Assembly: GCA_003427395.1 (NCBI GenBank) | Contig: BFEA01000021.1 | Location: 2,244,897 to 2,308,896 of the forward strand | Origin: Chara braunii | Lineage: Eukaryota > Plantae > Charophyceae | Direction of reading: 5' to 3' | Length of the DNA stretch: 64,000 bases | Shown: piece after piece, positions 35,208 through 47,080 of the stretch | How the letters are laid out: each line of letters starts with the position of its first letter | How positions within the stretch are numbered: position 1 is the first letter of the stretch | The notes under the pieces: generated by a model | Databases searched by the model: none | What the model was told of the DNA's origin: nothing | Seen by the model: the letters and a program-made list of their open reading frames with translations, nothing else | Position numbers and translations under genes: made by a program

Positions 35208-35689
35208 CGGCCAGGAGGGTCCCGCCCTGCCTTGTGTGGTGCCGGACCGATGCGCTCGACAGGTCACCCGAGCCTAAGTTAAGCTCTTATCAATATATCC
35301 GACAAGAGTTTGTCAATTTAGGTCTGGGTCGTAGTGAACGTGGAATATCACTATAAAACATCTCAATTATAGGCTCGCGAGTCTTGTAAGGTGACTTTCT
35401 CAACTTGGGTTTGTGCGCACTCGTACAATCATGAGGCGATAATATTTGCATAAGTTCTTCTCCCGACTCTTCCTCCTAATTCTAATTATATGACAAATTA
35501 TATTGTAGTGCATGTTGGACAGTACAAAGGCAGCGACTTAATGTTTTGGAGACCGTTGTAGTGGAGATGCAAGTTCGTTATGATGCTTGTTACAACAAAA
35601 GTGTTTGTTGTACAATAAGTGGTATGAAATCAAGCAACAACTTAATGTTTTTTAGATCATTGTAGGGGAGATGAAACTTCGTTATGATG

Positions 35690-36400
35690 CTGAAGTTACA
35701 CGGGAGAAAACGAAGAAAGAAGAAGAAGAGCGCGCTAAGAGAGAATAAGAAGAACAAGAAAGGCGAGCACATGATAAGAAAGAAAGAGATGAATTTTAGG
35801 CCCAACCTGCTTAAGTGATGTTTACAAAGTTGGACTTAGTTTGTGAAGCTTCGATAGAGAAACGCAATCCTTGTCAGGACAATCAAGATATCAACCAATT
35901 GAAGAAGGAGATCGAGATACTGAAGGGGGTTAAGTTGCCAACCACGTCCACGACGAAGAACATTCAACATAGTAATGAATTGATGTGCAGGCTAATGTGT
36001 GAACAAGATATTATGAAGACAAAGCTCGAAGATGCCTTGACAACTCAGAAGAGATTCAAATCGTCGGAGAAGAAAGTCGTAGCACTACAACAGATGAGGG
36101 ATAAAGCCATGACGAAGGTTGCAGAATGGAGAGTTGAAGCAATGAGAACACCCAATAAACATGGTTGTATCGTCATCACGCCAAGTTCACATGGAAAATT
36201 GTAATCTCGCGCGACTCCTGTAAAGAGTCTAGGGGTGTTGAGACCGTCGTGGATTAAAATGACTAATATATCGCTACCAGTTGGAAGTAAAAACTCTACA
36301 AGAACTGCAATTGAGGGAGCTCGATGCTCTAAAAGAGACCATGCGGGAACTAAAGAAAACGAAGGACACTTATGTGAGAATGAAGAGTGAAAAATGAAAA
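35690..36400 (+). pseudogene. Decayed coiled-coil ORF, probably the N-terminal ORF of a retroelement
   Basis: K/E/R-rich heptad-like frame ending ...EWRVEAMRTPNKHGCIVITP, broken by stops. Lies just upstream of, and co-oriented with, the RT remnant. Confidence 0.45.
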
Positions 36401-36929
36401 CACCTGCTTCTAACCTACAACAAGGTGTCTGATATTTCATTCGCACATATTGATGCACATGTCTCTTTCAGAGTCTCAATTTCCCAAAAAATTTTCCTCG
36501 ATTCCGAAAGATGTGTACCTGTTCCTCGATTGAGAGTCCGTTCGCACGTGTTGATGGTTATATTTCTTTCAAAATTAGCAATTTTGTTTTTTTTTCCCCA
36601 TCTTGGATGAAAAATTCACGTAATGTTTTGCAACATTTCTTTAATTGTTCGTTATCTTCTTTCCTCCTGCACTGAAACTTGATTCACATTCTCCATCAGC
36701 GGATGCATTAATCTTCAATACTTTACTTGGCTTCTTCGTCTTCTCTGGGTTGTGATGAAGACAATATCAAAATATTTCAGAAAATGCTCAGTGACCTAGT
36801 TTGTAGTCATATATACCATAATCTAGGTGATACCTATGTTTGATGTCCTATTGTCTTCTCTTTTTTTTGCGTAATCCATCTTTTATGCACATTTCGTATC
36901 AAGTGTATGTTGTTTTGAAGGGATGTAAG

Positions 36930-38060
36930 TCTAGATATCGAGAAAAAGGATAACCTAGGTCAATGAAACAACAAAGGACATTTTGGCCATGCATATTGTA
37001 TACCAAGACATAAAGATATAACCAAATGGAGACCAATTTGTCAATCATATTTAGAAGGTGAGGTGTTATATGATCAACGTGTAACATATAAGGTGAGCGA
37101 GCTGCTTCAAAAACTATCATTTGATTACCATTTCAATCTAAAAAATACCTCATATCTCATGGTTGGGATTTCGCGACTTTCCGAACATTGTGTGTTGGGT
37201 GCCTCTTTCAACGTGAAATAAAATTTTTAAATCTTTTGCATCCATCATTTCTCCAAGGACTAAATTGGGTCATTGACTATTGGACAAAGGAAGGATACAA
37301 AAACATTTTGGTAAGGACATATGGTAAGGAAGTCATGTTGATGAAGGGAAAATGTGAGGGTGACTGAATATTGTTATCCTTTGGTAAGTTTTTTTGTTAT
37401 ATCTCTTTTGACCTTGACAACACTTATACTCAAGCTTTTGGTCGATTGATGAGGCAGACGGTGGGTATCCCTATTGTATGATGTTTACTATGTGTCCTTA
37501 ACAATTTTTATTTTCTTCAGTCTCTTGACCTAAAACGAAGTTTGATGTGTGGTTTTAGACTTGTAGATGATGTGTCTGTCTTCATAAAGTTCTCTTACTC
37601 TAATGCTATTGTTTATTTACTTTTTTTTTTTTTTAATAACTATGCTATGATTCTAACATGGCCTTGGCTCCAACCAATGATGGTGAGTGTTGTGATTTCA
37701 TCGTTTGCTTAGAAAAGGTATTCAAGGAGCCCTCTCCAATGGTGTGCATGGCCATGTGCAGCCTAGTAAATGGTCAACTTACCTTTCGATGCATTCATGA
37801 TTTCCGATCGTTTACAAGCAAGCAACAAAAAATGACATTTATGATTTATTTTTGTTCCCGTGCTCGAACTTTCACTTCAGTCTCAAGAATTCAGTCCGTT
37901 TTTCTTTTTATATTGGATCATGAGTTGTGGGTACGTGGTTATCCGGACCGATACTTTGACTAGGCCCTCGTTAAATTTTTGGGGAAATTTAGTGGTCGTT
38001 AGAAGGACTGGATTCATATCCTTACGAACAAGAGCAAACCTTTATAAAAACGATGATTAA
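36930..38060 (+). pseudogene. Decayed Penelope-like reverse transcriptase (not in ORF track)
   Basis: From 36976: GHFGHAYCIPRHKDITKWRPICQSY...ELLQKLSFDYHFNLKNTS...SFNVK*, then LHPSFLQGLNWVIDYWTKEGY, later EPSPMVCMAMC and FRCIHDF. These correspond to PLE RT motifs P.HK....RPI, A (DIK), B' (SP) and C (R..DD) in order. Confidence 0.6.
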
Positions 38061-39215
38061 TTTAATTTAAGGGTTTGTTTTGCAGTTTTTGTTGATGGTA
38101 ATAAAACCCGTTCTTAGGGATCGTACTAATTTTTCCATTTTTTATTCTATTTTTTGTTGGACCACTACCAAGTGACTGACGGTACGCGGGATTGAATGTG
38201 GTTGATTTTTATCATACAATTTGATTCGGTTGTTGTTAGTAGGCTCCAAACATGAATCTCTGGAACCCGGTCTGGTATGGCGATTGGTTTCGTAGTTCTT
38301 TGAGTTTTCCTCGGGCTTTCAACAGGAGTGAATTTAAAACCTGGAAGTTTTAATTCTTTGATGATACAGGTGGTCTTCGGATACGAGTCCATGTTTTGTA
38401 AGCATTGGTGTAGATGCTAGGTTGAGGCCTTTACTGATATCTTTTGTAGCATAGTTCAGTTGGATACTTGGACTGAAAACTTTGGAAGCTTTGGTGACAC
38501 GACTGTCGACCAGCAATAGACTCCAATAGTCTTGTAGAAGTATGCCTCATTCTTCCATACTTGGTACCTTCGACCGAGACCCTTGAAAAAGACTGGTTTG
38601 CTGGATTAGCCGAAACTAGTCGGGTCCACACTGCCGTTCTATCCTATTATATCCTACGTTCAAGTCACATTCGTATCTTTCTACTTTCCACATCCCATCC
38701 ATCCGCTCTCTCTACTGCATTCTCTTTCTTCCCTTCTTTCCTTATTTTTTATGTGGACGACTTTCTTTCTAATGGGTTTTCTATCTTTGAATGGTGTCGC
38801 TCGATAGGGTTGTGCATGAATGTTTCACATCTCTACGATGACTAATTATGTAAGTTGTAAACCTTTCAACGTGGTTAGAGTTGTAGTTCCAGCAACCAGC
38901 GTTGGTCGTTCCGGTCTATTGGTGGGAACTACACCTGTTGGAAACCGGGTCTAGCGTCCCAGTAACATCAATATGCCCTCTTTTACACATCTGTCTGATC
39001 ACCGGGGCCAATACCCGGCTTCGGCCGAGAAACCAGACTGTACTTTTGAGATGTGGTCTCTTCAGTCCCTTCTCGAGCCATCTGGAGGCCATACTCAGTT
39101 TCTGCTCCACGGACCTCCTTCACCCTACTCTACCTGCTGCAACCCCAAACACACACAACCACAGGTTAGTACCAGGCCCGAGGGCATTTCAGCACACAGA
39201 CCATGACCAGCGGGT

Positions 39216-39248
<33 letters not shown>

Positions 39249-40063
39249 GTGTCTGTCGGTTTTTCTTCTGTTGTATGTCCTCCCCTTGATTTTTTCCAAG
39301 ATGTTTTGTGTGCCCAACAGAGCACCCTTAAGTAGTGTCAAACAGTCGGTGGTTCCTCGTTTGGAGTGCCTGCTGCACTCTTATGGGGGCTGCTCGGTTC
39401 GGGATGTCTGTGTTGCCTGTCGGTGATGACGGATGTTCGTCGGAGTGACTCCTTGGCTCAATGGGTGGTGGGAACCAACAATCTGCGGGGTTCTATCGTG
39501 ATGTGAGTAGTTCATGTGCTGCTGTGCTCCGTGTTGGATGTGTGGACGTCCTCCTCGTCTGCGCTGCGTCGCTGCCCTGCTGCCTGTCCCGCTTGCTTTG
39601 CATGTGGTTCTTTGCAGGTTGATGTGTTCGCTGTGCGGTGTGGCTGTGTCGTTGGTGTTGTCTTACACTTCGTCGCTCTACTGCCATGCTATTCATCCGC
39701 TGGTTGTGCCTTCCGTGCTTGCCGCTGGTCTGTGCCCTGTAGGTTGGTTGCTTGCTGTTGGTGCCTCGTGCTCCGCTCCACGGTTGCCGTCCTGCTGGTC
39801 CGCTCGCCCTGTTGTCCTTTGCAGTGCTGTTGCCTAGTTGGTGTTGTCTTGTGCTTCACTACACGGTTGCCGCGCTGCATGCCCTGTGTGCCATGTCGTT
39901 TCTTGCAGTCGTTTTTGGCATCGTGCAATCGTGTTGCCTCTACTGTGTTGCCTAGTGCTCCACAGGGTTGCTGCCCGCTGCTATGTTCCGCTTGGGGACA
40001 GTCTGCCTTCAACAAGGGTCAAAGGGTCCATGTCCCAAACCATCCAATACGGAGATTCCGCAA

Positions 40064-40115
40064 ATTGTCAAGGGTTCAGCCTCCTGATGAGTCGGTGCAA
40101 CTTCGACGAAACAAT
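40064..40115 (+). ncRNA. Type III hammerhead ribozyme variant
   Basis: AUUG-UC | AAGG guucag CCUC-CUGAUGA-GUCGG ugcaacu UCGAC-GAAA-CAAU. Stem III covaries with the intronic copies, and one mismatch lies at the base of stem I. Confidence 0.8.
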
Positions 40116-40337
40116 CATTCATGTTTTATTTTTTTCGCTTTGTTTTTTTTGCTGTTAGTTCTTTTGTCTGTCTTGTTGCCTTGTTGCCGCCACCTCATTC
40201 TTCTGCCTAGTGCTGTTTGTCTGCCCGCCCGCCTCCCCCTTGCCCTCCACCCTTTGTTCTTTGCTGCGATGTGTCATCCAAGTACTGTGTTGTGTTTTGA
40301 CCTCAACCTTGTCGTTTTGTTTGTCTTCTTGTACTTG

Positions 40338-41230
40338 GTTTTTTTTTTTTTTTTTATTACAAGAACTCCCACCAGTGTTAGTGGTGCTGATAAGAGCAGG
40401 CACCACTAGCACTTGGGGAGAGGCTCCATCTATTGGTGGGGAGCATCACCTGCTGGAAAACGGGTCCAGCGTCCCTTATACAAACTGAGATTGGAGTACA
40501 TATGACAATTGAGATTCCTGCCAGGATCGATTACCCTTGGATCCAGGGGATTGACTGCGTAGGATATTGGAGGGGGGGAGGGAACCTCTTCACCTTGAAT
40601 CCGGCGCCAGGCACACATCTACATTCTAGTCCCTCCCCCTTTTTTCAACAAGTACTGTAGATATGGTGGCCTAACCTCCCCACCATATCTTAGGTGGATC
40701 GGCCAGGTGTGAGAGGGGGGTAGGGAGGCCGGTTCTGCATCCAGGGGGCGGCTGGGGCAAACACCTAATCCTCCTATTCCCTATCTCCATCCGGACAGGT
40801 CCCACCAGGATTATGGTGGACGGGCTCCTCAGTGTCTCGGCCATACCACCTCAGCTCGACCAAGGTATTGTTTGATGGGGGGATAAAATCAGGGAACTCA
40901 GGGACCGCGGGGAGTGGGATGTTGCTGGGGATTTCAGTCCATTTATGGAAGAGCAACCGATAGTCCCTCTCTGCTTTATCCAAACGATCATTGCCATCAA
41001 AGAGCCAGCCATCCCATTGAATCCATGCAATCCGTCCCCCCTGCTCCCCCCCAACCAGTCCATGTAGAATTCATTTAGTTTTTGAGTAATGTCTGATCCT
41101 TTTGTGAGAGCTCTCATCCCTTGTACCGCCTTTTTCCACAAAGCTCTAATTGCTGTTTCAATCATGTCTTTAATCATTTCAGTTGTTTCGCCACTGCTTC
41201 CCTCCCAACCCTAAATAAGTTGGTTGTGAA
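40338..41230 (-). mobile_element. 5'-truncated L1-clade LINE (ORF2 C-terminus plus 3' UTR plus poly(A))
   Basis: IKDMIETAIRALWKK...FYMDWLGG aligns with VKELIEMELTQRWRK...FCTGWLGG at 45290-45420. Conserved tail motif and T-run at 40338. Confidence 0.75.
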
Positions 41231-41574
41231 GGTCGAGGACTGGGCAGTCCAGTGACCAGTTAGCAGGGCTCTCCATTCCCACGGCCAGTCCTAATTTGTA
41301 CCTAGTTGGTTCCAGACCCGGACCCATCCCTGCCATGTAAGGATAGACGCAGGGCACTGCAGGAAAAGGTGCTCTATCGTCTCGTTTATCTTTCGAGAGG
41401 GGAAGCCCTCCTTGCATGTGTGACACCAGGGGAGAGCCAACCCTTTCTGCTCCAGATGGGTATGGTCAATGAGCCTTGCATTCGTCGGTAGGCAGCGGTG
41501 ACTAATCTGCCATTGAAGCGAAGCAGACTGGTTCTTTTAAAAAAGAATAGAACGACTGGCGCCTACGATCACCT

Positions 41575-41668
41575 ACACAGGTGAACAAGTAGAGTATACC
41601 AAGGCACTTGAGATAACCATGTTGAAGGAACTCGGCAAAATGACTCCGTAACTTCGGGAGAAGGAGTG
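41575..41668 (+). pseudogene. rrn26: Mitochondrial LSU (rrn26) fragment, NUMT
   Basis: ACACAGGTGAACAAGTAGAGTATACCAAGGCACTTGAGATAACCATGTTGAAGGAACTCGGCAAAATGACTCCGTAACTTCGGGAGAAGGAGTG. The GAACAAGTAGAGTATAC stretch is typical of plant mitochondrial rather than plastid LSU. Confidence 0.8.
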
Positions 41669-41838
41669 TTTTTCCCTGGTCGGTTCATTTTTCGTTTCAT
41701 GACTTTTGAAAGTTGGGCTTTATAAGCATTCTTTTCTATGGGCATCCTGGGCTGCGGTCTCTTTCCCGATGTTGTTTATAAGCACACCTTCCGACACAAC
41801 ATGCTGCGACATGGTCGCAGAAGCCTCGTAATAGAAAC

Positions 41839-41904
<66 letters not shown>

Positions 41905-42153
41905 GGTTCTCAGATAGGCGGGTAACAGTCCAGCAAGCAGCAAAACTCAGAAAAGAGCAGATTTCTCAGTCTGCATATATATATCCCTATATATATAGGT
42001 TAGGTATACATAATTATTAAATTATTATATATTTTGTACATATATCGTCAAACAGAAAATATACATGCTGCTTGACGTTATATAATTACTATATAGTATA
42101 TCTATATCTATATCTATACCTGCCTCTCTCTCTTCACACCTTTTCTCCCTCTT

Positions 42154-42226
<73 letters not shown>

Positions 42227-42712
42227 CCCCCCCTCCCCCTCCCCCTCCGTGGAGAGAGAGAGGGTATTACTTCCAGCGTAAGTTGTACCCGACCCCATGC
42301 AAATGGCCGCAAAAAGCAATTTCAGTTTCAAGCACTTGAAACAATGTCTCAAATTTAACTAAATGGCGATTAATTGCTTGACCACCACTTCCTTGCCCAC
42401 TGAGTGATTGCTTTAGGACCTCAAACTACCAGTACTCGGAGGCTTCCTTTTGCCAAATCAGATTCCCCACCGCGCGCCAAAGGAAAAAAAGAAGCGGCAT
42501 GTTTTCTTTTCTGGCTGGTGCTGCCAGCCATTTACCTCCGACAGGCCGTCCCCCGAAAGTCGCAGCGCGTGCACAACCGCAGCGTGAAAAACTGGCTGAA
42601 CCCGGTTTCCAGCAAAGCCTAAACTGGGAAATGGTCCCAGGGATTACTCTGGGTTGTTTGTGAGGATTCCCGGCCTCAATTTGCAACTTGGTAATATAAA
42701 TTGGCTTTCTTC

Positions 42713-42972
42713 CTAGGCTACCAGAGTGGCCCGGGGTCACTTGCCCGGCCGGGCCAAAAAAAAAAATAATAAAAAAAAAAAATTATTTTGTATTTAAAAT
42801 TCGGTGAAGAATTTCGATGTGGCCCTGAGGCAAAAGTTGTTCAATTTATTTTTCGGCATAACATAGTTTTTTTTCGGATTTTTTTGAGTTTTTTTTGTTT
42901 TTTGCTTGGACCTTCGCTGGTCCTTGCACAGGCTGGCCACCCGGGACCCGGGCGGCCCGGCTGGTAGCCTAG
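42713..42972. mobile_element. hAT-like MITE (short form of 8232-9385)
   Basis: TIR CTAGGCTACCAG / CTGGTAGCCTAG and a perfect 8-bp TSD CTTTCTTC. Confidence 0.85.
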
Positions 42973-43089
42973 CTTTCTTCCAAAAAAAAAAAAAAAAAAA
43001 AGGCTGAGAAAGGTACTGGTGGTTTAACAGCAAAGGGCAACGGCAGAGAATTATAAAGGTGTGGGGAAAGGTTTAAAGAAACCGGAAAA

Positions 43090-43164
43090 GTCCTTCTGAA
43101 CATCCGTTAAAATTGGAAAGATACAGAGAAAGAAGATTAGCATGACCCCTGCGCTGTCCAGGAT
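43090..43164 (+). pseudogene. U6: U6 snRNA-like copy, truncated by an assembly gap
   Basis: GTCCTTCTGAACATCCGTTAAAATTGGAAAGATACAGAGA[AAGA]AGATTAGCATGACCCCTGCGC..AGGAT. No clear plant USE element upstream. Confidence 0.8.
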
Positions 43165-43442
43165 NNNNNNNNNNNNNNNNNNNNNNNNNNNNNNNNNNNN
43201 NNNNNNNNNNNNNNNNNNNNNNNNNNNNNNNNNNNNNNNNNNNNNNNNNNNNNNNNNNNNNNNNNNNNNNNNNNNNNNNNNNNNNNNNNNNNNNNNNNNN
43301 NNNNNNNNNNNNNNNNNNNCCCCCCCCAAAAAAAAAAAAAACCGGAAAAAGGAACGAGCTTTAATACAGATGTCACAATGGGGAACGCCACCAATAAATG
43401 GAGCTGTAGTAACAACGCAAAGCAGCCTGAAACCGGCTTGCA

Positions 43443-43610
43443 GGGGCCTGGTCCCATTGACAAAGAGAATTGGATTTAATTCCTGAATCTGGACATGTTT
43501 GAGGAAAGATGCAGAAAATTGATATTGATCAGCTTTTCTGAATCTGTGCGTCAAACACATGCAGATTCCCGAATTAAATCTTATCCTCTTTGCTAATGGG
43601 ACCAGACCCC
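43443..43610. mobile_element. Long-hairpin MITE (Harbinger-like ends)
   Basis: GGGGCCTGGTCCCATTGACAAAGAG ... CTCTTTGCTAATGGGACCAGACCCC, palindromic throughout. Relative at ~46657-46820. Confidence 0.65.
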
Positions 43611-44894
43611 AGGCATGGGTTACTATAATCAAAGAAAACAAAACTGCTGTCTGGTGGATTGGTTGGAATTCAGTATTCAATTTGGTGGGGATACTCCAAC
43701 AACGACTTTTCTTACCAAGCTCTGGACATGATTGTGGTCAGATTCATCCAGGTTCAGCTGTAGATAAGATCTGATACATTGAACAAAGTGCTAGTGTGAG
43801 TATGCCATAAGACATGTGCAGCAGGGAGTGTGCTAGGGAGAATGATGAGGCCAGGTGGGAGGGGCCTGTGAGTTGGGGACAAAAAAAGAGAAGGAATGCA
43901 TCATCCCCAGAAAACGGTAAGATGCATCCGTTGGTATGTATAGTAACGGATGCATATTGCCATGCTCTGCGTGAAGATGCAGTCGTACTTTTTCCGTTCG
44001 ACAGTGGTGTGGCGAGGGCGGGCCTGAGGGCAGCCAGCCCAATTGGGAACTTGGATGCAACCGAGAATCGGAAGAACCCAATCCGCCGCTACACGAGCAC
44101 GTGGGCTGTCAGCATTGCACACAGTGTTATGGATCTCCCTCGTGAGTGCACTTAGCCACTGGATTGGTCATTGTGAATTTGTGGCCCAATGATCAGTATC
44201 CGACCGTCCATTTCTAGGGGTGAAAAAAGGAGTCCCAGTTTCCAGCTCAGCAGTGAGGTGATTAGGACAGTTTTACTCCAAAATCTTCAGATTTGTGAGA
44301 TGATGGGCCTCGCTCCACTACTCTCGAAATGTGATTAGGACAGTTTTACTCCAAAATCTTCAGATTTGTGAGATGATTTGGGCCTCGCTCCACTACTCTC
44401 GGAATGTGCAAAACGAGAGTGAATCATCCGCTAGAACATGGAAAGATACGCTGCCATGATTTTTGTCTTTTGTGCATGAGAGAGGCCCGATGTTGGGAAA
44501 ACTAAGGGCCTCCCCCCACACCACTGTCGAAACGAAAAGAGAAGGAATGCATCTGCCACAGGAAGTGGTAAGATGCATCCATTGCTACTCATAGTAAGGG
44601 ATGCATCTTGCCCTTCTCCACGCCAAGATGCATTCGCTCTTTTTTCGTTTCGACAGTTGTGTGGCGAGGCCCTAAGACACCAGCCAATGGCATCCCCATT
44701 CACTAAGGTGCTCATGTTGTATTGGAGAGGTCCCATGTTCAAGTCTGTCTTATGTACAATTTTGTGTGCACCATACTTAACAGTCTATCGGGGATAGCCA
44801 TTGGTCATTTTTACTGTATCTAGACTGAAAGTTAAACCAGATACAGGCACGATGACTGTACATTCTATTTGTGTAAAGATGCTAGTGGCAGATG

Positions 44895-46312
44895 GCCCAC
44901 TGCTGCCTGCCAACAAATGTCTGGTTGATAGATCACACTTTTGCCAGGAACAAAAAAGGGGTGGCACTCCATTGGTGCCAGAGATGCACCACGGCCTCCC
45001 CCCGCAAAAGCGAAATGAGACTATAGAACACATCTTCATGCAGTGTCCTGTTGCATTGCTGATGTGGCGTTGGTGGGATCGCATCTGGCAAAAAATGGGT
45101 CCAGGGACGCCCTGGCCATGGTCCTGGCAAGCCATCCTGGTTGGTCACTGTCCTGCAATTGCACAAGCATCCACCTTTGAGAACAATTGGTACAGATTAG
45201 GAAGACGGACGATCCTATGGGTACTGTGGCGACAGTTCTGTACCCTGGCTCTGGAAGGGGTCAGGGTGGAGGGCGCTGAACTGACAGAGCAGGTCAAAGA
45301 GCTCATCGAGATGGAGTTAACACAAAGGTGGCGCAAGCTCAAAGCTCAGCTTGATATCTTTCAGACCGACCGGGATATTAAGAGGGCAATTACGTCTTTC
45401 TGCACAGGCTGGCTAGGGGGACTGGGGGGGGGGTTGGATAGCACGAGTGGAGTGGGGGTGGGACCGGGATACTTTGACAAGTCAGGGCCCCCCAGAGGTT
45501 ACAATCTGGCTTTTAACGACTGGACTACCATTGAGCCCTCCTTCCCAATGAGACCCCCGTCTGATTTCCCGCACCCATTTCCGCCCCACTCTCTTTCCCT
45601 GACTGTAATTCCAAACTGATCCCAAGCTGACCAAGGTGTTATCCCCCGGTGTCCCCCGGGGTGGGACACTAGCAACACGCCGCTAAAAACACGGAGGACA
45701 TGAAGGACATGAAGGACATGATGGATCAGGGCGTGAGCTACAAGTGTCACACTGTGCCCTGCAGCAGGGCTGAAGAGGTCCCCCCTCTCTCAATGTCACT
45801 CTCCATATCACCTGGCCTCCAGTGTGATCAATGCTGGCAGATGGATACAGCCTCAACTTCATCACTCTGTATATGTTCCTCGATATGTTTTCGAATGGGA
45901 TGGCACTTTGGCTGATGGAGGGAGGGAGGAACTACCGTCTTCCCCCGAACATACACGCTGATAACAAATGTATCAAAGCTATATTTCCAGTCAGATATAG
46001 CCAAAATAAGGGTGCGTTGTGTTCGGGGGGAGACGGTAGTGTGCAGCAGCAGGTATCTGGCGCCGGGTCCAGGGTGAAGAGGTTTCTCCCTCCTTCCAAT
46101 ATCCTGCTCAGTAAATCTCCTGGATCCCAGGGTAATCAATGCTGGCAGGAATCTCTCACAATTGTTTTTTTCTGATGTTCTCCAAATTCAGACTGTATAT
46201 GGGACACTGGATCCGTCTTCCAGCAGGTGATGCTCCCCACCAATAGATGGAGCCTCTCCCCAGGTGCTAGTGGTGTCTGCTCTTATCAGCATCACTAACA
46301 CTGGCCGGGGCG

Positions 46313-46343
<31 letters not shown>
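44895..46343 (+). mobile_element. 5'-truncated L1-clade LINE (zf-RVT plus C-terminus plus 3' UTR plus poly(A)) with a nested MITE at 45935-46036
   Basis: FCQ...ETIEHIFMQCPVALLMWRWW is the zf-RVT signature. Conserved tail at 46201-46310 and A-run at 46317-46343. Confidence 0.85.
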
Positions 46344-46900
46344 CCCAATTTTCCCATGGGTTCTCACTGAGGGATAGCCATTGGTCATTGTTGCTGTATC
46401 TAGACTGAAAGTTGCCCCAAATACAGGCACGATGACAGTGCATTCAATTTGACAATGTGTAAAGATGCTAGCTAACCCAACAGCAAGCGGGTAAGGGCAT
46501 AGTGTAGAGATGCTACTGCCTTTGCCGGAATAGAACCTAGTACGGTCTTTATGGCTGTATTTGGTGCAACTATCACTTCAGATACGGCTATAATGACCAT
46601 ACATTCTATTCGGGGGAAGATGGTAGGTTGACATGGTGGTGCTTGGGGTGCTCTAAGGGCCAGATCCCACCGGCAAAGAGGCTTGGAATAACAGTCTGAA
46701 TCTGGACGTGTTCCACTCAGAGATGCAGAAAATAAGATCAATCACAAATTTCCGCACCTGTCCACAAACACGTCCACATTCAGACACTCGCTACTATCCT
46801 CTTTGCCACTGGGATATCCTCCTAATTCCATTGCCATTAGCCCAAGTACGCTGCATATAGCCATAGTTCTGCCAGTGACAGATTAGGAAGAGGTCTGGTA

Positions 46901-47080
46901 ATTACCGATGGGCCTAGCTCAGTTGGTACACCCATGAACTGTTGAAATACAGACCCGAGTTTGAATCCTGATGTCACGGATGACCAGGATAAATTATTCT
47001 GAATTAATGTACGGGGCTGGTCAGTTCAAGGATGATATCCCAAGGCAGTCGCCCTTTGAAAAAATAATAATAATAAAAAA
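46901..47080 (+). mobile_element. tRNA-derived SINE
   Basis: A box TAGCTCAGTTGG, B box GAGTTTGAATCC, A/AAT-rich tail and a 13-bp TSD AAGAGGTCTGGTA (46888-46900) / AAGAGGCCTGGTA (47081-47093). Confidence 0.8.

Larger units (their letters stand above)
28770..35280 (+). mobile_element. Diverged paralogue of the 17.7-26.9 kb element (boundaries approximate)
   Basis: Same order of modules: 5.8S-like, 28S-like, GA-rich tract, conserved block (31610-32070 vs 22770-23220), short-motif array, 120-bp subrepeats, block 33780-34040 vs 25330-25590, structured block. No TSD or tail identified. Confidence 0.7.

Noticed and set aside
39516-40409. 297-aa Cys/Leu/Val-rich ORF
   Set aside because: Product of a TG-rich low-complexity tract that runs through the hammerhead and into a LINE tail.
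42260-42700. Additional snRNA pseudogenes (U1/U4) next to the U6 copy
   Set aside because: No convincing match to U1, U2, U4 or U5 motifs.
44790-46470. ~100-bp direct repeats around the LINE as LTRs, a giant TSD or Helitron ends
   Set aside because: Both are diverged members of the pogo-like MITE family seen at 2555-2664 and elsewhere.
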